64,000 bases of DNA from Eledone cirrhosa (lineage: Eukaryota): contig OZ024762.1 in NCBI GenBank assembly GCA_964016885.1, forward strand, positions 5,022,001 to 5,086,000, given 5' to 3'. Position 1 is the stretch's first letter. The number at the start of each line of letters is the position of its first letter. The position numbers were made by a program, and so were the translations under genes. The notes below the pieces were generated by a model. It ran no database searches, was not told where the DNA came from, and was given only the letters and a program-made list of their open reading frames with translations. Positions 34,701 through 48,143 of the stretch are shown piece by piece.

Positions 34701-37359
34701 CGAATTGAGAGATTACAGCTCCGGTACTATGGACATGTGGTTAGAATGTCTCAGGAAAGACTCGCTGGAGTCACTCTTTAGTGTGTTGGTTTATTGGTGA
34801 ATCTACTCCAGTAGATTCCGCTAGCAAGCCAACCACTAATTCAATACGAAAGAAGGTATAGAAGTATTTTTTACATCAACATGTGTCAACAACAATTTAT
34901 GTTTTATTTATTATGGTGCGTGCATTACAACAGGTGATGAAACATGAGTTTCATCACCTGTGAGTCCGTAGATACATCGCAGAGAATCTGCCTGTTGGTG
35001 GTCGACAAGGGCAGATTTTTCAGGTTGCAAGTCGCAAATTTGGCTGATGAAGTATCCAACGATTTGAGTGCAGGTTGGTCTGCTGCCAAACCACTTAAAT
35101 CTATCTCCTGGGATGACGAAATCGAGCTGATTGGCAAACGTGACAAGGCATCTGCAGCTGTGTTTAGTGAGCCAGAAATGTGCTGGATATCGTTGGTAAA
35201 CTGCGAAATGTAATCGAGGTGCCTTGTCTCTCTGGGCGGATGTCTGTCGGCTTTAGCCCTCAAAGCAAAGGTTTGTGGTCAGTGAAAACCGTAAAATTTC
35301 TTCCCTCAAGAATATGAGAAAAATGTTTCTGTGGAGTGCTTCCAATCTATTGATTTATTCATTGAACCTTGTTTAACCTTTAAATATATATATATATATA
35401 AAACTAATGTTTACTGATATATATATATCATTAAACATTAGTTTTACTGTAAACCCATTCATTATCTCGCCTTTCATCTCATTCCAGATTGTTCTGAATG
35501 GTTTAGCAATCAGTACTACGGTAGGTATCACTATCATCATCATCATCATCATTGTCATCATCATCACCATCATTGCCACCATCACCATCATCATCATCAT
35601 TGTCACCACATTACAGGCTGGACTGGGTGGTTTTGTCATGTAACCAGTATGACCACTGTACAGAGTGGACTGGGTGCTTTTGTCGTGGTACCAGTACTAC
35701 CATCGTATGGGTTAGACAGGGTGATTGTTGAACATGTCGATGTTTCCATGGATGAGTTGGACTGGAAAGCTGGAGGAGGGGGAGGAGAGAACATCATCAT
35801 CATCGTTAACATCCTATAACAAAATGGTGTGGTATCACTATTGTATACAGAACATCTGGTATCACATCTGTAGCTCTATTACATAGAAAACAACAGTTAA
35901 AACATCTGGTATCACATCTGTAGCTTTAGTACATAGAAAACGACAGTTAAAACATCTGGTATCACATCTGTAGCTGTATTGTATACAGAGCAACAGTTAA
36001 AACATCTGGTATCACATCTGTAGCTTTAGTACATAGAAAACAACAGTTAAAACATCTGGTATCACATCTGTAGCTGTATTGTATACAGAACAACAGTTAA
36101 AACATCTGGTACCACATCTGTAGCTGTATTGTATACAGAGCAACAGTTAAAACATCTGGTATCACATTTGTAGCTTTATTACTTAGAAAACAACAGTTAA
36201 AACATCTCGTATCACATCTGTAGCTTTAGTACATAGAAAACAACAGTTAAAACATCTGGTATGACAACTGTAGCTCTATTGTATACAGAGCAACAGTTAA
36301 AACACAAAATCTGCTTTAAACCTATGAAGTGGGCTAGATATATTGATCTGGTTTTCCCCTTTCTATTTTCTAGACCACATCAATTCCCAATGTCTGGGTA
36401 TCAACTGATCACCTTTGTGCTGTATGGTAAGTTTCTTGTTGGTTAACTAGTTATATGTTTTTCTTAGACTGGCCAGAAATGAAGGGAGCATGCTTCAATG
36501 GATGTATGATATTAACGTGAGGAATGACAAAGCTGAGAGAAAAACTGTGTATAAGAGGAGTCAGTTGTAGTGTGCAATAGAGAGAGGACTGCATTGGTAC
36601 AGACATGTGATGTGTTTGGGTAAAGATTTGCCAAGAGATGCCAGTGGAATGAAACTGCTGTAGAAAAATCAGATGTAGTGAGTAGGAGAGAGGACTACAC
36701 TGGTATGGACATGTGATGTGTATCGATTGTTGGGTAAAGAAGTGCCAAGAGATGCCAGTGGAAGGAAGCTACAGTAGAGGAAGACCTGGGTATAAGAGGA
36801 ATTAGATGTAGTGTGCAGGAGAGAGGACTACACTGGTATGGACATGTGATGTGTATCGATTGTTGGGTAAAGAAGTGCCAAGAGATGCCAGTGGAAGGAA
36901 GCTACAGTAGAGGAAGACCAAGGATGACATGAAGAGTATGGATGAGAGTTGATCTTGGAAAGGTGAAACTCACAGATGAAGTGATGAAGGAATGTAGTAA
37001 GTGGAGGGAAGTTGTGCTCATAAAGACCTGTCCAACCCATGTAAAAGGATGATAGTAAACAGATGTAAAAGGATGATAGTGATGATGGGAGTGTTGATGA
37101 TGATGATGATGGTGTTCATGATGATGGCGGTGGTGGTAGTGATGATGATAGTGACGATGATGATGATGATAGTGTAGATAATGATGATGATTATGATGTT
37201 GATGATGATTTTTATCATAATTGTTAGGTTAATTTTCCAAGAGTTTGTGTGTGTGTGTGTGTGTCTGTTTGCATGTATTTATATATGTGTTGGAGGAGGT
37301 ATGTATGAGTGTGTGTGTGGGGGTATATATATATATCTGTGTGTGCGTTTGCAGCTATA

Positions 37360-37390
<31 letters not shown>

Positions 37391-40300
37391 GTGTGTTTGT
37401 GTGTATGTATGTATATATATATATATATATATGTGTGTTTGTGTGTATAAATATGTGTGTATATATATATATATGTATATATGCATGTGTTTGTGTGTAT
37501 AAATATGTATTTATATATATATATATGTGTGTGTGTATATGTGTATATATGCATGGGTGTATGCATATGTGTATATGTATGTGTGTTGTTTTTTTTCTGA
37601 TGCCTAGATTTGCCATATTTTCCTTCTTCCACAATATTCTATTTTCTTCCTTCTGCCTCCAGGTGCCGTCAAGTAGTTCTAACCATAAACCAAGCCTTAT
37701 TTGATATGATTGACCGAAATACTAAACAGGTGGGTCATTTGATTCTGTAGCTCCTGCCTGGTGCTTTCTTTTCTTAGTATTTTATAGAGTAGAGCGGATT
37801 TTTCAGTCACATCAAGGACACGACAACCCCCTCTAGTGCTGGTCTAAAGTTTGTCTTAAGTCCGAAGGTTCGTTAGGCCGGTGCTTATCCTGGTTTCATG
37901 GCGTGAAGTGACGGAGAGTACAAGACTCCCCCTTGGACAGGACACCAGTCCATCGCAGGGTTATACCTCCAGCTATTGCTGGATCTCATTTTAAGCTGAG
38001 TATACTGGAGCAACGTGAAATGAAGTGTTTTGCTCAAGAACACAACATGTAGCGCAGTCCAGGGATTGAACCCACAGCATTATGATCGTAAGTCCAACAC
38101 CCTTACCACTAGGCCATGCATTTCCACATGTACTGGTAACATGATAAAATACACCCAGAACACTCTGTATATTTCATGTTGCTCCAGTCTAAGAGTTAAA
38201 AGACACCCCTCCTCACAATTATTCCTGAGAGAATCGTGGGGGCCAGAGTCCTCAAACACTCCTTCTGGTGGGTCATGTCAGAAGCAACTGTCTCTAATTG
38301 ATCCTGTTGGATCCATAAGTGAGACTAACCGAGCTCATGGATGTTATCCAACCATCTTGCCTGGAGTTTACCCCTGGGTCTCTCCTGTCGGTTGGTTATA
38401 CCCATAAAATCTGTCCAGCAATTCTTTCCTGAGACATTCTAACCAGATGTCCATAGTATTGGAGCTGTGATCTCTCAATTCAGAGAAGTTGCAGTTCTAC
38501 CTCAAGCAACTCTGATCTCCGAACTACAAAATATTCAGCAATTCTCTCCATAGATGTTTTGACCACATGTCTGTAGTATCGGAGCTGTATCTCTCCAGTG
38601 ATTCTTTCTGCAGACATTCTGGCCACATGTCCATAGTATTGGAGCTATATTCTGTCCAGTGATTCTTTCCTGAGACATTTTGACCACATGTCCATAGTGT
38701 TGGAGAAATAGTGGCTCTACCTCAAGCAACTCTGATCTCTGAGCTTCAAAAATATCCAGTGATTCTTTCCTGAGACGTTCTGACCATCTGCCTGTAGAAA
38801 CGTGTGTAATAATTTTTGTATTGCAGATTACTAACAAGGCTGACTTTAGATTCAAGGTTTTCAACACTTATGTTCATAACCATCCTGGTAAAATTGGTCC
38901 GATGAGATCTTGGAAGCAAACCATTGATATAGATGCTAAAGCCCCCTGGATTCTCAAGGAGGACACAACCGTGAGATTTAATCAACAGAAAGTAAGTGAA
39001 TCTTTAACTATTTCATCACCGTATTCCTAATGAAACATATCATCATCAGCAGCATTTTTACATCCTTCTCAGCACAGCTCCGCTTCAATTGCCACAATCC
39101 TTCGCCATCTCCTCTGTGAGTCTCAGCAAATTGAGGTCAGCTCTCACCAACTCTGCCCAAGTCTTTCTTGGTCTACCTCTACTGTGGCTTCCTTCCTCTG
39201 GTATTTCCTGGCACTTCTTCACCCAATGATCATCCATACACATCACATGTCCGAACCAATGCAGCCTCCTCTCCTGAACACCACATCTGATTCCTCTTAA
39301 ACCCAGCTTCTCCCTCAGTTCGTCTTTGGAACACTTCAAAAGGCATGCTTGCTGGGAACAGCAAGAACCCTCCGATACGTCCTGAATATCTGAGGCTGCA
39401 GGTAGCGGCTTGATATTCATTTCAACAAACTTTCCAGTTAAATAACATCAATGACTGAGACTCAAAGAACAATAATAATAATAATAATAATAAATAATGA
39501 AAATTATTGTGTACAGTGCTCAGGTGCACTACAACTCATCAAAGGTGTGTGTATAGTACATAGAATAATGTACAAATGTCAAGAAAGTGAACAGTGTTAC
39601 AGTCATGATATACACAGATACATGCGTGCTTGTATATGGAGGGGAATATCAGGTGTAGTGTTGACGAATTTCAGAAAGCATAGAAGTTTTGAAGGATGCA
39701 GTGTCTCGACAGCTAACAACTGATGCAGGTAGTTTGTTCCATGCTTCAGCAACTCTGAGCATGAAAAAATGTTTCCGAAAGTCATAGGAGCTGTGCTGTT
39801 TTCTGACTTTGTAAACATGCCCACGTGTGTTAGACACATGGAATTCAAAAAGGTGCTCAGGGCTGTTGGCAAGATAGTTAATAATTTTGTGGGTGTTTAC
39901 CAAGTCGGTTGCCAGGCGTCGGAGCTTCAATGTATCCATGTACAGGGAAGCAAAGCATTCAGAGTATGGAGGGTACTTGCTTGGTTACACGTCTCTGTAC
40001 AATTTCCAGGAGGTCAATATTCTGAGCAAGATAGGGGTTCCAGACACGTGATGCAAATTCTAAGTGTGGCCACACTATAGCTATATACAACTTTAAATAG
40101 ATAGCTGGAGAGCAGCTGGCCGAGGGTGTCTTGGTATCACTCGGTCAGCTGCTCTCCAGCTATCTATTTAAAGTTGTATATAGCTATAGTGTGGCCACAC
40201 TTAGAATTTGCATCACCTGTCTGGAACCCCTATCTTGCTCAGAATATTGACCCCTATCTTGCTCAGAATATTGACCGAGTGATACCAAGACACCCTCGGC

Positions 40301-40773
40301 CTTCTTGACAATTTTAGAGATGTGCTTTGTCCAACGCAAATTACTGCTGACAGTAATGACCATATATGCTAGCATGGAAGATGGACATTAAATGATGATG
40401 ATGATGATGATGATATATATATGCGATGATGATGATGATATATATATGCAATGATTAGGATGTTGATATATATATATGTAATGATGATGACATATATATA
40501 TATGTAATGATGACGTTATATATATATATATATGTATGGTTGATATTGTAGGTATCTAAAATAAAATATGTCGTGATGCCAGTGGCTAACAAGGATCTTG
40601 ACCAATTCATAGCAGTTAGCAATGTGGTAAGTTCACTTTCTATATCTATTCCTGACACTATAGATATATCTATATGATATCTATATCAATAGCTATAGAT
40701 ATAGCTATTGATATAGAGTTATCACTATATTTATTTATATATCTATACTTATATCTATATTTACACCCATAGG

Positions 40774-40823
<50 letters not shown>

Positions 40824-43800
40824 CGTAATTATATACTCTCTCTCTCTCTATATATATATATATACGTATATATATATATATATATACGTAATTAAATAAA
40901 CGTATATAAATATACACGCATAAATACGTATATAACGCGGACACACATACCTACATGTAAATACACATATGTACACAGACGTACGTACGTCAACCAAAAC
41001 ACGAAGTACACATATACACACACCCTACATACGTACAAACCCACATACTCATATATATATATATGTATATATAATATATATATGAACAAATATGTCATAT
41101 TGTTTTGCAGCATTCTGATTCCTGGATATGTGGGTGTAACATACCTGAAGGTAAAAAACGTTGGTAAGTAATTAATCTTACAATTATTGGCATGTCATCA
41201 AAATCATCATCATCACCATCATCACTATTATCATCATCATCATCATCATCATCATCACTATTATCATCATCACTATTGTCACCTGCAGCAGTAATGTCAT
41301 TGGCATCATTCTTGAACCACCACCACCAACCCCAACAACTTCATCATCACCACCATCATCACCATCACCATCGACACCACCACCATTATCATCACCATCG
41401 ACACCACCACCACCACCATTATCATCATGAACATTATCACCACCACCACTACCACCAACCTCACCACAACCATCACCGCCACCATCATCACCACCGCCGT
41501 CATCACCATCACCATCACCACCACTGTCATCATCATCATCACCACCATCACCAACAACATCATCATCACTATTGCTACTATTAATGTCATTTACATTATC
41601 ACAACTGTGATAGATTCACAAGGTGTTAAGATGGCGTCTGTGTCTGCTTGTGTCTGCGCGGACACCTAAAGCCCTTAATGCAGTGATTCTCAATGTAGGT
41701 TCCGCAAAGGAGTATATTTATATTACGACCATATAACAGTATTAGACTTTGGGGTTCTCCCAAAAGTTTCTGAACCAAAAAGGGTTCCGTGTTTGAAAAG
41801 GTTTTGGACACCTAAAACCCTTAATGAAACAAAACTATATATACCATAGTCGATTGTTAGTGATAGATGAATCAAAGGAGAGAGGGAGGTGTTAAGATGG
41901 CGTCTGTGTCTGCTTGTGACTGCGCGGACACCTAAAACCCTTAATGAAACCAAACTATATACTACCAAGTCACACTCTCTTGTGAGTGACAGCTGTAGTT
42001 TTATTTATATTTATTTTTTCTAGCATGTTCCTATGGCTGGACTTTCACCTGCTGAGGGCCCTAAGTTATATAAAATTTGAGGCCCTAATCTTAGAATAAA
42101 AACTAATGATAAAATAAAAATATATTTTTTAAAATGAGGTCCCCTTCTCCTCCGAGAGTGTGAGGCCCTAAATTGTAGCTTATTTAGCTTCTTGGTAAAT
42201 ACAGCATCAGCCATGTCCCACTACCACACATCACATTTCTCACACAGATCTTACACCCACTTCACTCAGAGAATCCCTTTTTTGCCAGCAGCATTTGACT
42301 GCTTCTTTTTATTTTATCAACACCCAAAACACACGCACACAAAAACTTTAATCTGTTATTTTAATATATATATATATATATATAATTATATATTCATGTA
42401 CAGATATTTTTGCATACACAATAACAAAATATAAACAAACGTATTTATTTCGCGATAAAGTATTGATTTTCTTCGCACGGAAAAAAATCCTGGTAATTTA
42501 CGACAAATTTTTTTTATAAGCACAAAATGTAGACACCATCCCCAGGCCGAGGTATTCCGTACTTCTCTGTACTGTTTCAGAAAGGAGGGATAAACATGCC
42601 AATCTATGTTTAGAATCCCGAGCAACGCCGGGCCATTCTGCTAGTATATATATATATTTCAAGCGTTAACCTAATATATTCCTTCCGACTGGAGTTGATT
42701 TAATCGACTTTCCTCTCCCCTAAAATTGTTGGCCTTGTGCCTAAAGTAGAAACAATTGAAATATTTATTATTTTTCAAGTATTATTTTTCAAGTATTATT
42801 TTTCAAGTAGAAATAATAATTATTTTTCAGTATGTGCTGTATGAAGTGTCTGAACTAACTCAGTTTTCCCACATTGTCCTGGTTATTGCACCATCCTGGT
42901 TATATATACATAGTGGTAAAAATCTGGGAGATTATATCCGTAGTTGGTAGAGCACTCAGTCCAAAGGAGGAGTTTGGTATAAAGTTAATTATATATATAT
43001 ATATATATATATCGTGTAGGTGTCACGACAAAAAAACACACAGTCCACGCTGTAATGTGGCCATGTAGGCAACACGGTAAAAACCTGCCAGCCCCACACT
43101 GTAAATGTGGTTGGTGTTAGGAAGGGCATCCAGCTGTAGAAAACCCGCCAGACAGTCCTATGCGAGCAAGACAATCACTCTTGCCTCAAGTGGGAAAACC
43201 CCCGTCCAAACCCATGCAAGCGTGGAACACGGACGTTAAACGATGATGATGATGATGATGATGATGATATATATATATACATGACAGTCAGATGAAAAGT
43301 TCATAGGGTGACCAAGATACTCTCATGGAATGATCAAATGAGGCTGGAAAGAAACAATGCATCACTCCTTCATAGACAGCCTATGAACTTTTCAGCCCAC
43401 CCTTGTAATTACAAATCTGTGATCAGGGTTGCAATTCTTGGGTATATATACCTTGTAATCTTTGATTATTTTTTTTATTCCAGTGAAACCTGCACCAATC
43501 TTGCACAAAAGGGACATGCCCTTCTACCCAGAAATTCCAACAAAAAGGTTTGTTATTTTCATTATTTCTAGTGAATTGACAGTATTGGTAGTGGGTCGGA
43601 CCCCATGCTATGCAGCATAGAGTTACGGCCCTTTATGATCTGAGTTCAAATCCCACCGAGGTTAACTTTGCCTTTCATCCTTACGGGGGTCGATAAAATA
43701 AAGTACCAGTAATGCGCTGGAGTTGATTTAATCGACTTTCCTCTCCCTCAAAATTGTTGGCCTTGTGCCTAAAGTAGAAACTATTTTTATTATTATTAAT

Positions 43801-44935
43801 TATTATTTTTCAGTATGTGCTGTATGAAGTGTCTGAACTAACTCAGTTTTCCCACATTGTCCTGGTTATTGCACCAAATAATCCCCCGGTAAGTCACTTT
43901 CATTCCTTCACAAACTTCTTTTACTCATGGCGCATTTTTGAAAAAGTAAAAATATATTGCCACACTTTCAAAAGAGTTTTTCATACATATTAGACTCACA
44001 TAGAGTTAAAAAGTTCTACCTTTCCCCCAACCACCACCACCCTGCCACTTCCCCATGCCCTTCTCCTGACCAACTTGCACCCTGCGATCTCCTCACACCC
44101 CCAATTCTCAGACCGGGTGATGTGTTGTTTCCTTGAGCAAGACACTTTATTTCACATTCCTCCAGTTTACTCAGCTGTAGAAATGAGATGATAGGGACTG
44201 GGGTCCCTATCATTCCACTGCAAAGTGGTTGTGGAGGTGCCAAGGCAAAAAAGCACCCAGCACTCACTGCAAAGTGGTCGTGTAGGTGCCAAGGCAAAAA
44301 GGCACCCAGCACTCACTCTAAAGTGGTTGTGGAGGTGCCAAAGCAAAAAAGCACCCAGCACTCACTGCAAAGTGGTCGTGGAGGTGCCAAGGCAAAAAAG
44401 CACCCAGCACTCACTCTAAACTGGTCGTGGAGGTGCCAAGGCAAAAAAGCACCCAGCACTCACTCTAAAGTGGTCGTGGAGGTGCCAAGGCAAAAAAGCA
44501 CCCAGCACTCACTCTAAAGTGGTCGTGGAGGTGCCAAGGCAAAAAAGCACCCAGCACTCACTCTAAAGTGGTCGTGGAGGTGCCAAGGCAAAAAAGCACC
44601 CAGCACTCACTCTAAAGTGGTCGTGGAGGTGCCAAGGCAAAAAGGCACCCAGCACTCACTCTAAAGTGGTCGTGGAGGTGCCACGGCAAAAAAGCACCCA
44701 GCACACACTGTAAATGAGGTTGGTGTTAGGAAGGGCATCCAGCTGTAGAAATCAAGCCAGAATCAGTTCCCGTCCCACCCTTGCAAGCAGGGAAAAGCGG
44801 ACGTAAAATGGAATGATATATATATATACACTCATATCTACATATGTATATATTCCTGTTCTCTTATGTTTAGTGTTTTCCTCCCTGTTCACTGTAGTTC
44901 TCTCTTCTCCATCAATGTAGGGAGGTAGGGTGTGG

Positions 44936-44978
<43 letters not shown>

Positions 44979-45140
44979 TGTGTGTGTATGTATACATATA
45001 TATATATAGAGAGAGAGAGATGTGTGTATATGTATATATATATATATGTATGTATATATATTTTTATATATATATATATATATATATGTAAATAAATATA
45101 TATAAAAAAATATATATATTTATATATATATGTGTATATA

Positions 45141-45213
<73 letters not shown>

Positions 45214-45298
45214 AGTGACATAAATGGGTGGCTAGTTAGCTAGTGATGTAGATCTATGCTACAATGGTTGGACACACGCGCACACACACGCACACACG

Positions 45299-45379
<81 letters not shown>

Positions 45380-47854
45380 GTATGTATGTGTGTGTTGTTG
45401 AATGCATGGATGGATAAAGCAAGAGATAGATAGATATATAGATAGATAGATATATAGGTAGGTATATAGGTAGATAGATAGATTGATAGGTAGATAGATA
45501 GATAGATATATAGATAGGTAGGTAGGTCGGTAGATATATATAATTATAGATACGTAGGTAGGTAGCTAGCTAGATAGATAGGTATATAAGTGGATAGATA
45601 GAGAGATAGGTGTATAAGTGGATAGATAGAGAGATAGGTGTATAAGTGGATAGAGAGATATGTAGATTAATAGGTTGGTAGAGAGAGATATGAATAGATA
45701 GAGAGAAAAAAAGAGAACCTTCACCATCGATAACCACTACCAACAACAACAACAACAACAACAACAACAAAAACATCAAGAAAACAACAACAATATCACA
45801 AGAATCAGAAGATTTAGTTAAAAACAACAACAAAAAAGTGTATAATAAGAAATTGCACATTGTAGTGAAAACTAATGAAATCTTTGATCTTGCTGTTATT
45901 TAGTGTCATTGTATTTGCTACAGTGAATTCCCTTTTGGCTAGTATTGCTGTTGTTTTTTAATCACATTATTTCATTTGTGTAAGAGCTCTTTTATGTGGA
46001 AGATAAATTATGTTAGCTCTGGCAGACATGTTGGACAATGTCATAGCAGGTAGAAAGACAGAAGTAAAAGAATGATAGACAAATAGATGGATGGATGGAT
46101 AGAAAGATAGATAGATAGGTGGATAGAAAGATAGATAGGTAGATAGATTAATAGATAGCTAGATCGATGGATAGATAGATTGGTAGATAGATATATTTCT
46201 TTATTTGCCACAGGGGCACAAAAGATGGGGACAAATACAAATACAAAGTGGGGAGTTTACATATAAGCGTATAAAAATAGAACTAATAAATAAATAACAA
46301 ATAACAATTGAAATCTCCAATAGGGGGAGGCGTTACACATGGGTTGTACACACCCCGAAAAAATGTACAACCCTCATCTCCAGGAGCATGAAGAGCGAGC
46401 GCTCCTTTCCTCTCTTCCTCTTTTTCCTCAACCTATAGGTTTATATAGAGAGAAGGCCCAACCACTCGGGCCATCCTTGCCACATTCACCCACCTTCTGT
46501 AAAACTTGCTGGGGTGCAGCACCTCTCCTTCTGATTCTTCTTCTAAAGTGATATTTGAAGAAGCGAACCAGTTGTTCGCTGGAGAGAAAGTTGTCTGACC
46601 TCAGCCCTTTCAGCCTCGTCCACCATATAATCTCTTTCATCATAGCCATTACACAGAAGAAAACCGCCTCTCCTTCGTTTTTGAAGGAGGGGGGGGGGGC
46701 GGTTTGATCGTAATAATGGACTCGGTGGTCAACCGGATTTGTCCCACCCGTGACAGTAGCCGTTCTGCATAGCTCCACAGGTCTGTAACATCCGGGCAGT
46801 GTTCCATCCAGTGTTGAGGGGGGTTGCAGTCAGGCGAGCTGGGAGGCCAGATGTCAGGTGAAGTGTGGTCGACGAAGTTCTCTGACAGCCAGGCTTGGGT
46901 CTTTCGGCTGGTATGGCAGGGCGCTGAGTCTTGCTGCCACACGTACGGCCTACCTGCAGCTACCTGGTCGATACTACCTCGCTCAGAACGTGGATGTAGC
47001 CATCGGTGTTTAGCTTTAGGCCCTCAGGGAAGAACTCAGGTGCTCTGAAGGCATCAGATCGTCGACCATGTGTTTTCCTCTCTGATGTTGCTTCGTAGTC
47101 GAATCCTGAATCTTCCAATTCCTTTCTGACCTTTTCCACCATTCTCCTGCTGACGCTGAGAAAGTCTGAAATTTCCTTCTTTGTCCTCCCAGCATGGATT
47201 CCAAGAAGAACTCCGTGTCTCTTCCACAAATTTGGAGTTTCAAAATTATTCATAATCAATTATTCTGAAAATAAATAATGGAAATATAGTCACTGTTTTT
47301 ATGAAGACAAGAGTGACAACGGAAGTAAAAAAAATTTGCATAAAATTAGCAGTTGAAAATTAAGGACCAACTACGGGGTCGATAAAATAAAGTACCAGTA
47401 ATGCACTGGGTAATTGCTGGCCTTGTGCCTAAAGTAGAAACAATTATTAAGGACCAACTTTTTAAAACTTTATCCATGTAGCAAACTGCTAGCCCCACAT
47501 TTACCTCACATTTTCCCCACATTTACCCCACATCTGCCATGTCTCTTATTTTTAACTCCTGAAGCTAGGTGAAAATAGAGAAAATAAATAAGAACTGAAA
47601 CGAAATACATTGAAATTCTAAATATGATTCCATTGATGATTCTTTTCATAACATTTTCAAAAGAATTTCTCTTTTATTTCCATTTGTATTTCAATAAATT
47701 TCTCCCCTTCCTTCTACCCTCTCTCTCTACTATGCATCATCTTCCTCTTTCTCTCGTCTCCCCCTCTCTAATTCTTTCCCTCCCCTCTCTCTTCTCTCTC
47801 TCTCTCTCTCTCTCTCTTAATACATCTACATATTTCACTATTGATTTTTTTCTG

Positions 47855-47899
<45 letters not shown>

Positions 47900-48067
47900 T
47901 AAATTCATATATACATATATTCATATATATATATGAATATGATGATGATGATGATGATATATATATATATACATACATATATATAAATATATATTTATAT
48001 GTGGATGTGTGTGTATGTATATATATATATATATATGTAATTCTATTGATCTTCATCTAATCATCTC

Positions 48068-48143
<76 letters not shown>

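Noticed and set aside
41192-41590. His-rich, Ser-rich and Met/Val-rich ORFs (also 50308-50830, 54452-54712)
   Set aside because: Translations of (CAT/CAC)n microsatellites
45875-45961. 28-aa signal-peptide-like [31 protein letters not shown]
   Set aside because: T-rich sequence gives hydrophobic residues by chance; no convincing downstream exon or paralogue found
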